Source: Amoebidium appalachense
Lineage: Eukaryota; Protista; Ichthyosporea
NCBI GenBank assembly: GCA_963693365.1
Contig: CAVNZM010000001.1
Span: forward strand, 10,814,161-10,878,160
Length of the DNA stretch: 64,000 bases
Reading direction: 5' to 3'
The notes under the pieces were generated by a model, which worked only from the letters and a program-made list of their open reading frames with translations, was not told the DNA's origin and did no database searches. Positions 11,868-24,423 of the stretch are shown one piece after another (position 1 is the first letter of the stretch; every line of letters starts with the position of its first letter). Both the position numbers and the translations under genes were made by a program.

Positions 11868-13499
11868 TTAAACGGTCATTCCCACCCACTTCCCCGGCTC
11901 GGACATGCGTGCATCCCTCTCCGTCACCACACATAGCCTCTCCCCGTCCATCCACTCCTGGCCCGACCCATCCTTCTTCACTTTAACGTAACGGTACCCA
12001 ACCATAGTGCTCGATGGTAGCTTGATCGTTAAAGTATACCGCGCACCCCCGGAAGAACTGAGTTTGGGCGCATGCTCCACCTTCCAGTTGCCTAATTCGG
12101 CCGCGTCACCAACTACCGCCAAGTACTCGTCTGTTTTAACGTGGTCGCATAGAATAAAAAACGTGACACTTACACTTGTAGGGCTCCCGGGTGTTAAAGA
12201 CAGACCCAAATCTGAAATTTTGCTTCCCGACCGGTTGGGGGACCTCCTTCCTCCTTTAACGTTCCGCTTTTTGCGCAAACGAACGACCAATCCGGCAACG
12301 ATTATAACTATTAAAGCGGCACAGGCAACACTGATCAGTACGGTGGCCGCAGTGCTAAGTGCCGGACGGGAATCGATCGGCTCGCCAACTTTAACGTCAT
12401 TATCCGATGGGGTTGCAGGTGTTTGAGGGGTAATTACAGGCCGTTGACTTACAAAAGCCTCCGCCGTAATCGGTAATACCTGGGGTGTTGGCTGTGAGGG
12501 TTCCGGCGTTTCTTTAACGATGGTGGGTGCCGGCTCGTTGTTGGCCGTGTTGATTGCTGTAGACGGGACCGACGCGTTAAAGAACCTCGCAACAACCTCC
12601 GAAATATCAACCTGCCTTTTACCCTTACTGCTACCGGGTTTCGACGACGCAGAACCATCGCACGGGTTTGCGGCACTGCAAATCTCCGTGTCTTTGCCCT
12701 CACATCCCTTCCCTCCATATGCCTGGCCAATGCACTTTCGCTGTTTTATCCCCTGCCCACAAGTTTCACTACAAACAGTCCAGTCGGTCCATTCCCCATC
12801 TTGTGCCGGGCATAGCGTGTCCGCACACCCCCCAATCTCCGAAGAAGGCTTCAGTGCGGGATTACAGTAGCCGTTCACCCACCCGCTAGGAGGTTGCCCG
12901 TTTACGTTTTGGCACGCAAATTCGATCTTCTGCACACCCCACCCACACGTCGCACTGCATGGTGACCGGCCCATTTCAACCCAGATGCCTCCGCCTAAGG
13001 GGAGATCAGCGAACCTTACAGGCGTGAGCTGGGCGTTTTGGGGTGAATTCGCTGCCGTGCTGCACCAATCAGCAACTGACGGACGAAACGAGCACACGTC
13101 TCCCTTGTAGTTTTCGCACACACCAGGACAGGTCCCTTGCTTGGGATTCACGAGAGATCTAGCGTAGAATGTCTGTGATTTTTTCCCGTTTCCACATACG
13201 CCTGTGGTGGATGGTATCCCAGCTTTTCCGGATACTTCGAGGCATTCGCTAGTGAAAATATTTTTCCAGTTACCGGATGGGTATTGTGTCCAAAGCTGGG
13301 TGCTATTGCCGTTGCATGTCTCGAGAGAAACCTGGCCCCGTTTTGTTGAAGTGATGCATCGATCTAATTTGGTGGCCGTCAGCAAAAACATATCAGTTGT
13401 AACAGACACCACACCGCTGCCTGCATCTTGCGCGTTGGTGAACACAAAGTGAAGGGAGAGAATGGCGAATGCCAAGGAGAGTGACAAATGCATGTTCAT
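11868..13499 (-). CDS. Intronless type I membrane protein: signal peptide, ricin-B-like lectin, 2x TSP1, Pro/Thr stalk, TM, cytoplasmic CBM20
   Basis: 543-aa ORF. Hydrophobic N-terminus; ricin-like C..C..QLW..G...CLEV; TSP1 W....SPCSATCG.G and DGEWTDWTVCSETCGQG...RKC; TM VLISVACAALIVIIVAGLVV followed by RLRKKR; C-terminal V.VTF...VVG...ELGNW....A..L...YRYV...W matches the CBM20 consensus. Confidence 0.9.
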   Translation of the reverse strand: MNMHLSLSLAFAILSLHFVFTNAQDAGSGVVSVTTDMFLLTATKLDRCITSTKRGQVSLETCNGNSTQLWTQYPSGNWKNIFTSECLEVSGKAGIPSTTGVCGNGKKSQTFYARSLVNPKQGTCPGVCENYKGDVCSFRPSVADWCSTAANSPQNAQLTPVRFADLPLGGGIWVEMGRSPCSATCGWGVQKIEFACQNVNGQPPSGWVNGYCNPALKPSSEIGGCADTLCPAQDGEWTDWTVCSETCGQGIKQRKCIGQAYGGKGCEGKDTEICSAANPCDGSASSKPGSSKGKRQVDISEVVARFFNASVPSTAINTANNEPAPTIVKETPEPSQPTPQVLPITAEAFVSQRPVITPQTPATPSDNDVKVGEPIDSRPALSTAATVLISVACAALIVIIVAGLVVRLRKKRNVKGGRRSPNRSGSKISDLGLSLTPGSPTSVSVTFFILCDHVKTDEYLAVVGDAAELGNWKVEHAPKLSSSGGARYTLTIKLPSSTMVGYRYVKVKKDGSGQEWMDGERLCVVTERDARMSEPGKWVGMTV

Positions 13500-13699
13500 C
13501 GTTACGTTCGTATGGAAAACCCGACATGTCTATGTTTCCTCAACTCAGTACATTCGTGGTGTCACTGTGTGTGTCACTCTCAGACACTGAAAAACTGCAC
13601 CAAGGGCAATGCTAGTCACTTTGAGTGCTGTCTCCCTGCGGCCTATAACATACCCGGAGGCGACAGTCACTAGACAAAGTTTGATCGCGGGTAATCGGA

Positions 13700-14270
13700 T
13701 CTGGCTTTACGAGCGGCGATTGGTTCAAAATGACGTAAGCCTACCAAAGTAGTAAAAAGAAGACATGATCCGGCTGCCCAAACTTTTTAAAACAATGAGA
13801 TTAAATGTTCTCTTTAAAACATTTGAGCATTCCTATTGGTCATTATTTATTGAGCAATCTGATTGGTCATCTCAGCCACAAGGACCCCTCCGGATCACAA
13901 AGCCTTGGAGACTAGTGCAATGCATGTGTACTTGTTTTGGATTCCAGAGCGATATGATTGGCTCATTTTAAGTCGCAGTTCTATGATCGCTAAAATGAAC
14001 CAATAGGAGCCATGGGAGAGTGCGTGAGTATCCGATAGGAACAACCCTTGGTGATGACGATTGACGGTTGCTAGAGTTCTAGTGAGAAAATAGTGTGTTT
14101 GGTCTCTAAATACACGCATTTTTTTTGTGCCCTTTTATTTTACTCCTTTAACTGCAGGAAACTGTTTTATTTGGGTCCACACGACACACCAAGGGGCTGA
14201 CGGCGACCTTCCGAAGATCCAAAGGTATGTGGTTTAGAGCCCTTAACCGATTCCTATTGGTTGTTATCCT
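13700..14270. promoter_or_regulatory. Probable bidirectional CCAAT-rich promoter between the CBM20 receptor and BAR-SH3 genes
   Basis: Repeat-free divergent intergenic region with about six ATTGG/CCAAT motifs (~13720, 13835, 13862, 13957, 14000, 14256) and a TGACGT half-CRE at 13731. Confidence 0.45.
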
Positions 14271-14584
14271 GGCAATCTTGTGAGCCACAGAGTCCGGCTA
14301 AGGAGATTTTTTTTTTTCTTTTTTTTTTCCCCTCCTCGATGCGTTGACCGACGTCGACTCGGGACCGAGAGTTGAAATCTTTCGGACGTCTGACTCAACT
14401 GAAACAAAGAGTTATATAATCACTAAATAGTATATGTAGCTCCCACGAATAGAGAGGTATAGGACGTAACCCCCGAAGTAATACACCTGTTCTGGTCGCA
14501 TCGTGGTTGTGCCAATGACCTCCATTGAAAGCTTCATTTCCTTGCCATCATTTTTTTCATTAGTTCACGTATTACACACCAAAA

Positions 14585-15180
14585 ATGTTTCATGCACTCA
14601 AGAAGGCAGTGGGCGCATACAAGACCCAGAACCCTGTCAAGGATCCAGAATGTGAGGAATTGGAAATTCGCTACAGAGACATTGCCACACATGCACAGAA
14701 CATCTCTGGGGCACTGAAAACGGTAAGAGAGAGATACACAGGTCTGCGCCAAAACATAAAGCAGGTTACAGATGCAGCCCTTGCTGCCTTTCCAGAAACT
14801 GGAAAACCAAACCAAATTGCTGCGGACATGGTGAGATATTGTGATGCGTGGGATAACAAGGCGAAGGAACTGAGAGACGGATTCGACTGTCGTATTTTAG
14901 AGGCGGAGAAGTCGTTGAATGAATATATCAACCTGCTTGTGCAGACAAAGACGGCACTAAAGAAGAGAGCGGATGTGGTTGGGGAGGTGGATTACTACCG
15001 CGGAAAGGTGTGTTTGCTAATTCCTGTTCCTGTGATGAGCCCTGTTTTTGTTGTTTTTTGGGGGTTTCCACACGCACGCACGCACACACACACGCACACA
15101 CGCATGCACTTGCACCCACACACGCACACACAAACACACACGGACACACAAACACACACACACACACACACAAACACGCA

Positions 15181-15243
<63 letters not shown>

Positions 15244-15458
15244 GTGTTACAACCACAACTACCGACCCCACCAGCTTACTGAGCTCCACCTGTGTTTTTA
15301 CAAGAATTTTCCCTGCGTGCCCTCCAGTCTTTGACCACCTCCGGTCTCATGTCACACGTTAGACTCATCCTTCTCTATCACACTCAAGCTGCCATATCCT
15401 CCCCCCCCCCCCCCTCCCCCCCCCCCCCCTCCCCTTCCCTCACCCCCCCCCCCCCCCC

Positions 15459-15492
<34 letters not shown>

Positions 15493-15580
15493 CCCCAGCC
15501 TTTTGCATCCCCACCAGGCCATTTAGGAACGGCACCCCCTCTCATCCGATATATTTTGTTCCCTTATTTCCTGTCCTGCG

Positions 15581-15627
<47 letters not shown>

Positions 15628-16002
15628 ACACACACACATCCAACCTCCTCCCCCCTCCCCCCCTTTTTACCCTCTGCCGTGTCCCCCCTGTCCCCCCTTT
15701 CCCGGGCTATCCGTGTAAAAGAATGGTTTCAGGGATTCCGGTGAGGAAAGATATTGTGTGCTGGTCTTCCCCCCTTCCCCCCCACTCCCCCCGGATAGAC
15801 AAAGGGGGCTCCTATATGTATTAACTACGGAATTTGCAGGTGGAAGAACTCACTGAAGCCGTGGCTAAGAAGGTAAGTTGAACTATAATCCTCCCCACAC
15901 ACACACACACACCTACCTCGCCTTCAGCTTATGATGTATACTCTTGTGTGCTTTGCAATCTGCATTGTGTTGTCCGTCATGAATGTGACTTCGTTAAACA
16001 CA

Positions 16003-16051
<49 letters not shown>

Positions 16052-16439
16052 AAACACACCCCTCTCTCTCTTCCCCTTTATGCTGACAATGCCTAATCTT
16101 TAGTGTGCTTTGCAACATGTGTTGCTTTTTTCGTCGTGAATGTGTACGTCCGTAGGCAATGTCTAAACCCCTCTCACCCCCTCACCCCCCCCCCCCCCCT
16201 CCCCCCCCCCCCCTTCTCGGGGAGACTGGGGGAGCCTGGGATCTTCTCATGTTGCCTGCTCTGTGTGTATATGTTGATCTACAACCTGCTGCCTTGTAAA
16301 CCCGTCCCCCCCTCCCTCCCTCTCTCATCGCCCCCTTCCCCCCGGGTTTCATCAATGTGGGCCCAGTTCGATTTATACCCACATGTGCACACATACTTGC
16401 TGCACGGTATGTGCACACCCCTGCACTCTCCTTATACAG

Positions 16440-16479
<40 letters not shown>

Positions 16480-16792
16480 ACCACCACCCACCCACCCCCT
16501 ACCCCCCCCCCCCCCTCCCTCCCTCCTCCGCCTTCCCTTCATCCCCCCCCTCCCCCCCTTCTCCCAATTATTTCCTCCCCAAACATATAGACAAGCCCAT
16601 CCCTCTTTGCATTTTACCACCCTCTGTGTTCACAAGTGTCCATTGCTACGCCACCCTACCCGTCCAACTGCACATATACACACACATCCCCTTGCCGCCC
16701 TCACATCCGCCCAGCCATCCACCCACCCCTATCTCCCCCCAACTCCACTCACCCGCTCCCATGCCCTCCCCCCCCCCCTCCCCCCCCTCCCC

Positions 16793-16823
<31 letters not shown>

Positions 16824-16929
16824 CCTCCCTCCCCCCCCCACACACACATGCACACATCCACACAACACGCCCAACCCCCCCCCCACACACACACAACAGT
16901 CTTGCTCTATCATCCCCTCACCCCCCTCT

Positions 16930-17003
<74 letters not shown>

Positions 17004-17047
17004 ACCCTTGCCTTATCACCCCCTGAACCCCCTCTCCCCTCGTTGCC

Positions 17048-17092
<45 letters not shown>

Positions 17093-17911
17093 ACACCCCC
17101 TAACAAAAAAAAAAAAAAACACCCACACACCCACACACACAGCCCAAAGAAGAAGACCGCCTCCGCTCTACCGAAGTCCACCTCAAAGCCAAAGAAGAGG
17201 AATATGCACTAGCCAACACAGAGGCAAGATCCCTTCTCACCCGCTGCTTGGAGCTGAAGGAGTCTGTGTTTGTCAGTGCGCTTGCTGCCTATGTCGAGTT
17301 TATGCATAAGGTGATGGTGGCTGAGCCCTTTGGAACTATTGTAAACACTCATCCTGGTGAGTGGTTATCTTCTCCCCTCCCCCTTCCCCCCTTCCCCCCC
17401 CTCTCCCCTCCCCTTCTCCCCTCCCCTGTTCCCTCTCCGCCCTCCCTCCCCCACCCGCCCCCCGCCTCCTTTCTCGGCTCTTTCATAGGCGCACGCACAC
17501 ACACACACACACACTACACATACAGACGACCACACCAATGCACACTCTTCTCATTCTCCTGTTCATACGCACAGATGCACTCGCACTCATACGCACATGT
17601 ACACGTCCTTATGCAAGTGCACGCACACACAGCCTTGCTGCCTAAAACAAGCTCATGTATGCACTCATACACGTGGGCACACGCAAACAGGCTCACACAT
17701 ACCACACACACACATGCACACACACATGCACATTATTGCCCTTTGATTGCCACCGTGTTGCTGATTTCTCTTGCTCACACCTCTCCCTCTGCCTCAGCTC
17801 AAAACTCCATCCCCCCCCCCCCCCCCCCCCCCTCCCGCCCTCTCTCTGTGGTTCCCCTGTTGCTTTCCACTCGCATCGGCTATTCTTCCCCTATTCTCCT
17901 AGGCACTCCCT

Positions 17912-17945
<34 letters not shown>

Positions 17946-18575
17946 ACCACCCCACCCCCCCTTACCCTCCCCTGCCATGTTTTTTCCATCGTGAATCTGC
18001 ACCTCATTCCCAATACCACAAACCAACTAACCCCCCTCCCCCTCCCCCCCCCCCCTTCGCCCCTTCCCCCCATCCACCCATCCACCCGCCCAACCACCCA
18101 CCCCCTTTTTATCGTCATATTAGCTTCTATCTCTCTCTATTTCTCTCTCTCTCTCTCTCTCTCCCCCCCCCCCCCCCCCCCCCCCCCCCCCGCCGCCACC
18201 CACCCACCCCCTCCGCCACTCCCTCCCCCCTCCCCCCCCTCCCCCCCACCTTCACAGACGTGTTCCAAATCGCCCCGCCAACCATCGGAGGTCTAAATGC
18301 ACCCCCGTCCCTCGAACCCGTCTATGGAAATGTCGGGTCTCTCAAACCCGGGGTGGGTCCTATGGCTCCAGTCGGGAGCATTCAAACTAGAGACAGGTCG
18401 GGAAGTTCAAATTCGGGGGGGTCCCCCTGCGTATATTGAGTCACAAAATCGCCCATCGATCCCCTCCGGCTCTGAAATTTCGAACGTGCCCTACGCCGGA
18501 ATGCCGCCCACCGCAGTGAAATATGAGCCTCAACCCCCACCGGTTCTTCCTCCGGGCCCACATTTTGTATGCATT

Positions 18576-18618
<43 letters not shown>

Positions 18619-18810
18619 ACCACAACCACCATCACCAAACACACACACACAGCAACACACACACACACACACCTCCCCACCCATTATTCCATCCTGTCGT
18701 CTGTCATGGCTATCCCTAAGTCTAATACCAACATGTTCCTTGAATGTATGTTGCATGTTTCGTGGCTTTGGCCTGTGATTAGTTTTTGCCAATACCCCCC
18801 TTCCCACCCC

Positions 18811-18851
<41 letters not shown>

Positions 18852-19283
18852 TGCTGCAACTTTTCACTCCCGGCCTTCCTCACTCCTTTTGCATGGGACG
18901 TCTGCTTGTGTAACCTGCTTGCATGTGACCAGGAAGGATGGCCCACCCATGTTCTAGTGAAGCAGTATCTGAGTTGGATTTCACATGCGGGGTAAATGGG
19001 TCAAAACTCTTCAACTGTGGATAACATGCCCCCCCCTCTGAGGTTGTGCCCCGCGCATATGTGTGTGTTACATATCCGTTGTGAATTTGCATGTTGTTCT
19101 TTGTACCGTATTCTAACCCACACTTTCTTTTGCGAAACACATAATGCACCCATTGAACAGCACACAACCGTTAATGCACATGCATGTGCTCGCACGCACA
19201 TGTGTGCTTGCACATACACACATACACACACACACATGCGCGCGCGCACACACACACACAGGCACACACCACATACATACACG

Positions 19284-19370
<87 letters not shown>

Positions 19371-19513
19371 GCGCGCGCGCGTACAGGTGATTGCGCTGTT
19401 TGATTTTGTGCCGGAGCAGCCACAGGAGCTTGCGTTGAAGAAAGGGGACAGGATCACTCTGTTGGAGATCCTGGATGACTATTGGATGGCGGGAGAGCTT
19501 AATGGGCAGGTGT

Positions 19514-19545
<32 letters not shown>

Positions 19546-19640
19546 GGGGGAGGGGGGGGAGGGGGGAGGGTACGGTGGGTGCGTGTTTGTGTGTGAGAGG
19601 GGGGGGGGGGGGGGGAAGGGGGGGGAAGGGGGGAGGGGGG

Positions 19641-19707
<67 letters not shown>

Positions 19708-19831
19708 CGTGCATGCGTGTGTGTGTGTGTGTGCGCGCGCGTGCCAAAGTTTATGGATGGGTTTGCATGGGTTTTTTTGTGTGTTGGTGTGTGCCTGCCA
19801 GCCTGAATCCTTACCCATTTCCCCTGTACAT

Positions 19832-19872
<41 letters not shown>

Positions 19873-20289
19873 AATTTGTGTGTGAATGTGTGTGTGTGTA
19901 TTGAGGGGGGTGGGGGGAGTAGCCCTAAATGGAGCATACGTAAGCAGACGAACAATACGACAATTGTGGATTTGATTGGGTTTCGGTTGGTGGGGTATGA
20001 TATGATTGGTCGGTTCACCCGGGGGTGGCATTAGCGGTTAGTTAACGTGTGCAGAGGGGGGAAGGGGGGGGGGGGGGGGGGGGGGGAGGGGGGTAATAAT
20101 TGTGTGTGTGTGTGTGGTGTTGAGTTAATGGGCTAACTCACAGGTGGGGGTGAAGGCAGCGGCGGCAGGGGGAGGGGGGGGGGGGGGGGGGGGGGGGATG
20201 GTGGGAGAAGGGGGAGGGCTGTGAAGCTAGAGTTTTCTTCCGGAAAATATACTGAAGACGACGAAAACTGGTGGTGGGTGGGTGGGTGT

Positions 20290-20330
<41 letters not shown>

Positions 20331-20342
20331 GGGAGGGAGGGG

Positions 20343-20380
<38 letters not shown>

Positions 20381-20554
20381 TCACGTAGATGTTTGCTGTA
20401 ATGTACACAACATGACTTTATGGATGCCACATGTCATGATGTAACTGTTTACTGCATGGTATGAATGTGTAGGACATATATGCATACCACACAAACAGTC
20501 ATGGTTGAATGTAAACACATGTACATAGTCAAATATACTTACATACATTGACAT

Positions 20555-20601
<47 letters not shown>

Positions 20602-20656
20602 ACACGTACACACACACGTAGACGTACACACACACATGCATACACGCACGCACGGA

Positions 20657-20729
<73 letters not shown>

Positions 20730-20856
20730 ACACACCCACACATACACCCACCCACCCACCCACCCACCCACACACCCACCCACACACCTGCACAAGCAGA
20801 AGGGGATATTTCCGTGCTCCTATGTCCAACGAGAGGATGCAACACCAACAGCATAA
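14585..20856 (+). CDS. BAR domain - Pro-rich linker - SH3 protein (amphiphysin/endophilin/Rvs167-like)
   Basis: Exons 14585-15007, 15840-15872, 17143-17356, 18258-18566, 19387-19509, 20800-20856. Helical BAR-like N-terminus (KDPECEELE...LKKR....VDYYR.K); SH3 VIALFDF...[12 protein letters not shown]...W..G...KGIFPCSYV. Exon 4 is continuous only if one G is removed from the G7 run at 18415-18421. Confidence 0.85.
15924..16006 (+). mobile_element. Short 3' fragment of family A
   Basis: Reverse complement matches ACGGA.AACAC.ATGCAGA.TGCAA...CA.AAGAGTAT.CAT.ATAAGC of 1172-1270; ends in poly-C. A more degraded fragment may follow at ~16095-16172. Confidence 0.55.
18851..19119 (+). mobile_element. 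5'-truncated family A copy, inverted relative to 1172-1774
   Basis: Reverse complement aligns collinearly with 1176-1461 (CCTCAG.GGGGG, ATCCACAGT, CCAACTCAGATACTG.TTCACT.GAACATGGGT.GG, AAGGCCGGG, AAAGTTGCAGCAG); starts directly after a poly-C tract and ends TTCTAACCC. Confidence 0.8.
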
Positions 20857-21145
20857 CGACCAATTCGTTTTTTCGGTTTGTTGATCAGAAATCAGAACTT
20901 ACCTTTGACCTGTGCGATTCTATTATAATACGGGGTGGGAGATTGACTAATTTTGGAGGTCATTTTTTCGTGAAAGTGCTATGTGTGGCTGGATGGAACC
21001 GTGAGTTGCAACTCAAATTTAGAAATTTGTATTTGCTGTTCGGAAGGTATACCCCGAGACTCATGTAATTCAGGGTGAGTTAGTGCTATCTATCTCAAAC
21101 AAATAATAGTGCACATCACAGGCACGGCACACATAGTTACACACG

Positions 21146-21218
<73 letters not shown>

Positions 21219-21219
21219 G

Positions 21220-21254
<35 letters not shown>

Positions 21255-21643
21255 GGGTTGCGCACATCACTTTCTAAACACAGTGGTTGTTGATAGTACG
21301 TGATATGTAGGGTGTTACAAATTTCTAATTGGTAAAAAACGATTCTTCAGAAAGGCCGTGAGCACTCCATGTGTAAGTCAGCTGATCAAAAATGGGTATG
21401 TTTCCCTGTTTTGTTACATCTGTTATGATTTAAAGTGCAGGTGGGTTTTTTTTTTTTTTTTTTTTTGTTAAGTGAAATAGTAGTTGAGGCGGATAATGTA
21501 GTGTATATAAATAAGTGTGCCTTTAGTCTTTTCAATCGACGCCCTAAAATGGCTTTGAGAAATGTGTGATGGTATCAATACAAATCATGGCTGTGTATGA
21601 ATCATGACTGTTCATCATGGTTCACTGACAAATGTAAGGATTA

Positions 21644-21680
<37 letters not shown>

Positions 21681-22019
21681 CCCACGCACATTGATCCACA
21701 CACACACACGAACACAAGCATGTGCACACGAATGCGTGCATGCGCAAGCACACGCACACACACACCGTGACACACACACGCACACACACACACACGTACA
21801 CCACCACACAAAGAGAGTGTGTTAGACGATGGTGATACGATGACGTTACCTTACATATGAGCATATATTCATGGCCGGGTCGTTCATTCATTCAGTATAT
21901 AAACTATAGTATATACGAATAAGATAATAGTTCCTTTTTTTTTTAAACGGCTAGCTAGGGGTTACGTATGTAGAGGCTGGGGTAAAAAGAGGTATGATAC
22001 GTCCCAGGGGGAATCTGAA

Positions 22020-22057
<38 letters not shown>

Positions 22058-22233
22058 TGGGGGGGATCAACGTTTCACTCATAGGAGCACAAATTGACCA
22101 TTGCAGCTGATTCTGCGAAATTCTTCTACGGAACCTCTAAACATTTTTATTCTGCACATGGAAAATTTATTTTGGGCCGCGCAGAAGTCTTATGCTTCTG
22201 CTGATGTGGTTTACTTAGGCCCTCCGGGCGGAG

Positions 22234-22267
<34 letters not shown>

Positions 22268-22498
22268 TTTCCGTGTACTTGTGCTGAACATGTGCAATTT
22301 TTGAACTATAGGCTGTACAGTAACTGATATGGATGGCATTCGCTTAGTAGCTTCTCTATCACGGTGAAAAGTTCGAGAGAGTCTCGGAGAAAAAGAAAGA
22401 GGAGGGAAGGAGGGAGGGAGGGAGGGAGGGAGGGGGAGAGACAGAGAGAGAGAGAGAGAGAGAGGAGAGGGAGGGAGGGAGGGGGGGGGGGGCGGGGG

Positions 22499-22553
<55 letters not shown>

Positions 22554-22602
22554 AGAGAGTGACTAAGCTGTGAGAGTGTGAGAACGAGAGCGAGCGAGCG
22601 AT

Positions 22603-22636
<34 letters not shown>

Positions 22637-23759
22637 AGGGAGAGATAGAGAGAGAGCCTCGGGGAGAGAGAGAGAGAGAGGGGGGGGGGGGGGGGGGAGA
22701 GAAAGAGAGGGAGGGAGGGAGGGGGGAGGGAGAGGGGGGGGGGAGGGAGAGAGAGCGAGAGAGATTGGAAAAAAAGAGAGAGAGTGAAAGAAAAGGAGAG
22801 GACACACACACACGTTGTCAAGCACACACACTGCTCTCATCTCCAGCTTCAAAAAGGAACCACCCACCCTCCCCCGCCACCCTCACCCTCTTTACCCCCC
22901 CCCCCCCCCCCCCCCCCTCCCCCCTCCCCCCCCCCCCCCCCCCCCCCCCTCCCCTCCCCAGTCCCCCCATTCACCCACCCACCCTGTGGCGAAGTACCAG
23001 CTTCCTCGCTCAGCTGCCCTCAGGCTGTGCATGTATGCGAGCCGTGCAGTAACCACCTTCACCCGATATATATGCATTCGATCTGATTTACTAAAATCAA
23101 TTCAATGTTCAACATCCAAGTGATGCCGACACCAAAACAAGAGCATAGCAAGTTGTTGTGAAAACTCATTTTGACAGTGCCGAGTAAAACGTCGCTGCCA
23201 AACTTAAGTTGCTAAAGCGGTTTGTTTCTGCCAGTAGCTCATGACAGAAGAAACTGAAATAAACTTTGGCCGCCTTAGCAGTGTGCACTCAGCACTCATG
23301 CATGGCGCACGCTCACGGGGGATCCCCATGTTTTCAATCTGGGGGTGTTTTACACCCAAATCCCGGACCCTGAAAACCACCTTGAGGCTTCAAGCAGAAT
23401 TTTCTTAACTTTAGTTTGCAAGTCAGTTTGTGTATAAAAATTTTCTTATTAGACCCTTTGATGTTTTCCCTTGATAATGTACGTTTTTAATTCTGGCAGC
23501 CTGGTGTTTATGCCTATGTTTTTCTCTGCATACTTTCCTCCTTTCTCGTCTTTTTTGGTGATTCATCTAGGAGTCCTAGTGAGCCCAACCCAAAGCCAAT
23601 CAAAAATTATGCGTCACCGCACAAAATTCTCCAAACAAACCAATTTGGGGCATGCGGCACAACTTGAAAAGGCGCAACGGCCTCCCCGGCTACACAAAAC
23701 AGACTCTCACAAAACTAACTTCTTTTTCCGCTGTAACATTACAAAAACACTCCGCAAAC

Positions 23760-24330
23760 ATGCTGGCCGGAACAGCCCGTAAAAGTGTGGTCATTGTAGG
23801 TGGAGGGCTTGCCGGTGCTTCCATCGCCACCAAACTCGCCAAGGCAGGGGGAGTAAACGTTTTGCTGCGAGATGCAAAGTCCTTTTTCGAAGTTCCGTTT
23901 GCTACCCCACGGTGCATGGTTGACCCACGCGTAGCGGACAAGGCGGTGTTTGGTTACTCCCAGTTCCTTCCAGCCTCTGTGCAGTTTAAGCAGGGTGCCG
24001 TTGTGGAGGTTGGGAAGGATGCCGTGAGGTATACGTAAGGAGCGCACGTGGCATTCGTGTGTGTAAGGTGTTAAATGTGTCATGGGGATGTTAGCATGGT
24101 GTTGTGTGTGTGTATGTGTATGTGTATTTATGTGTTGCTTCACGCATTTTTGCTGTTGATCAACTATGTATTGCCCTTGCTCTTAGTAGCTGTACCATTC
24201 ACTTGGCATTGGGAGGTGGCGGTACTGCTGATCTGGTTGTCAATGCGCTTTAGTGACGACTTTTGTCTTAGTCACAGCAGCATGGTCTTACAATTTACTG
24301 GAAAGATGTTTACACATACACACTCGCATA

Positions 24331-24423
<93 letters not shown>

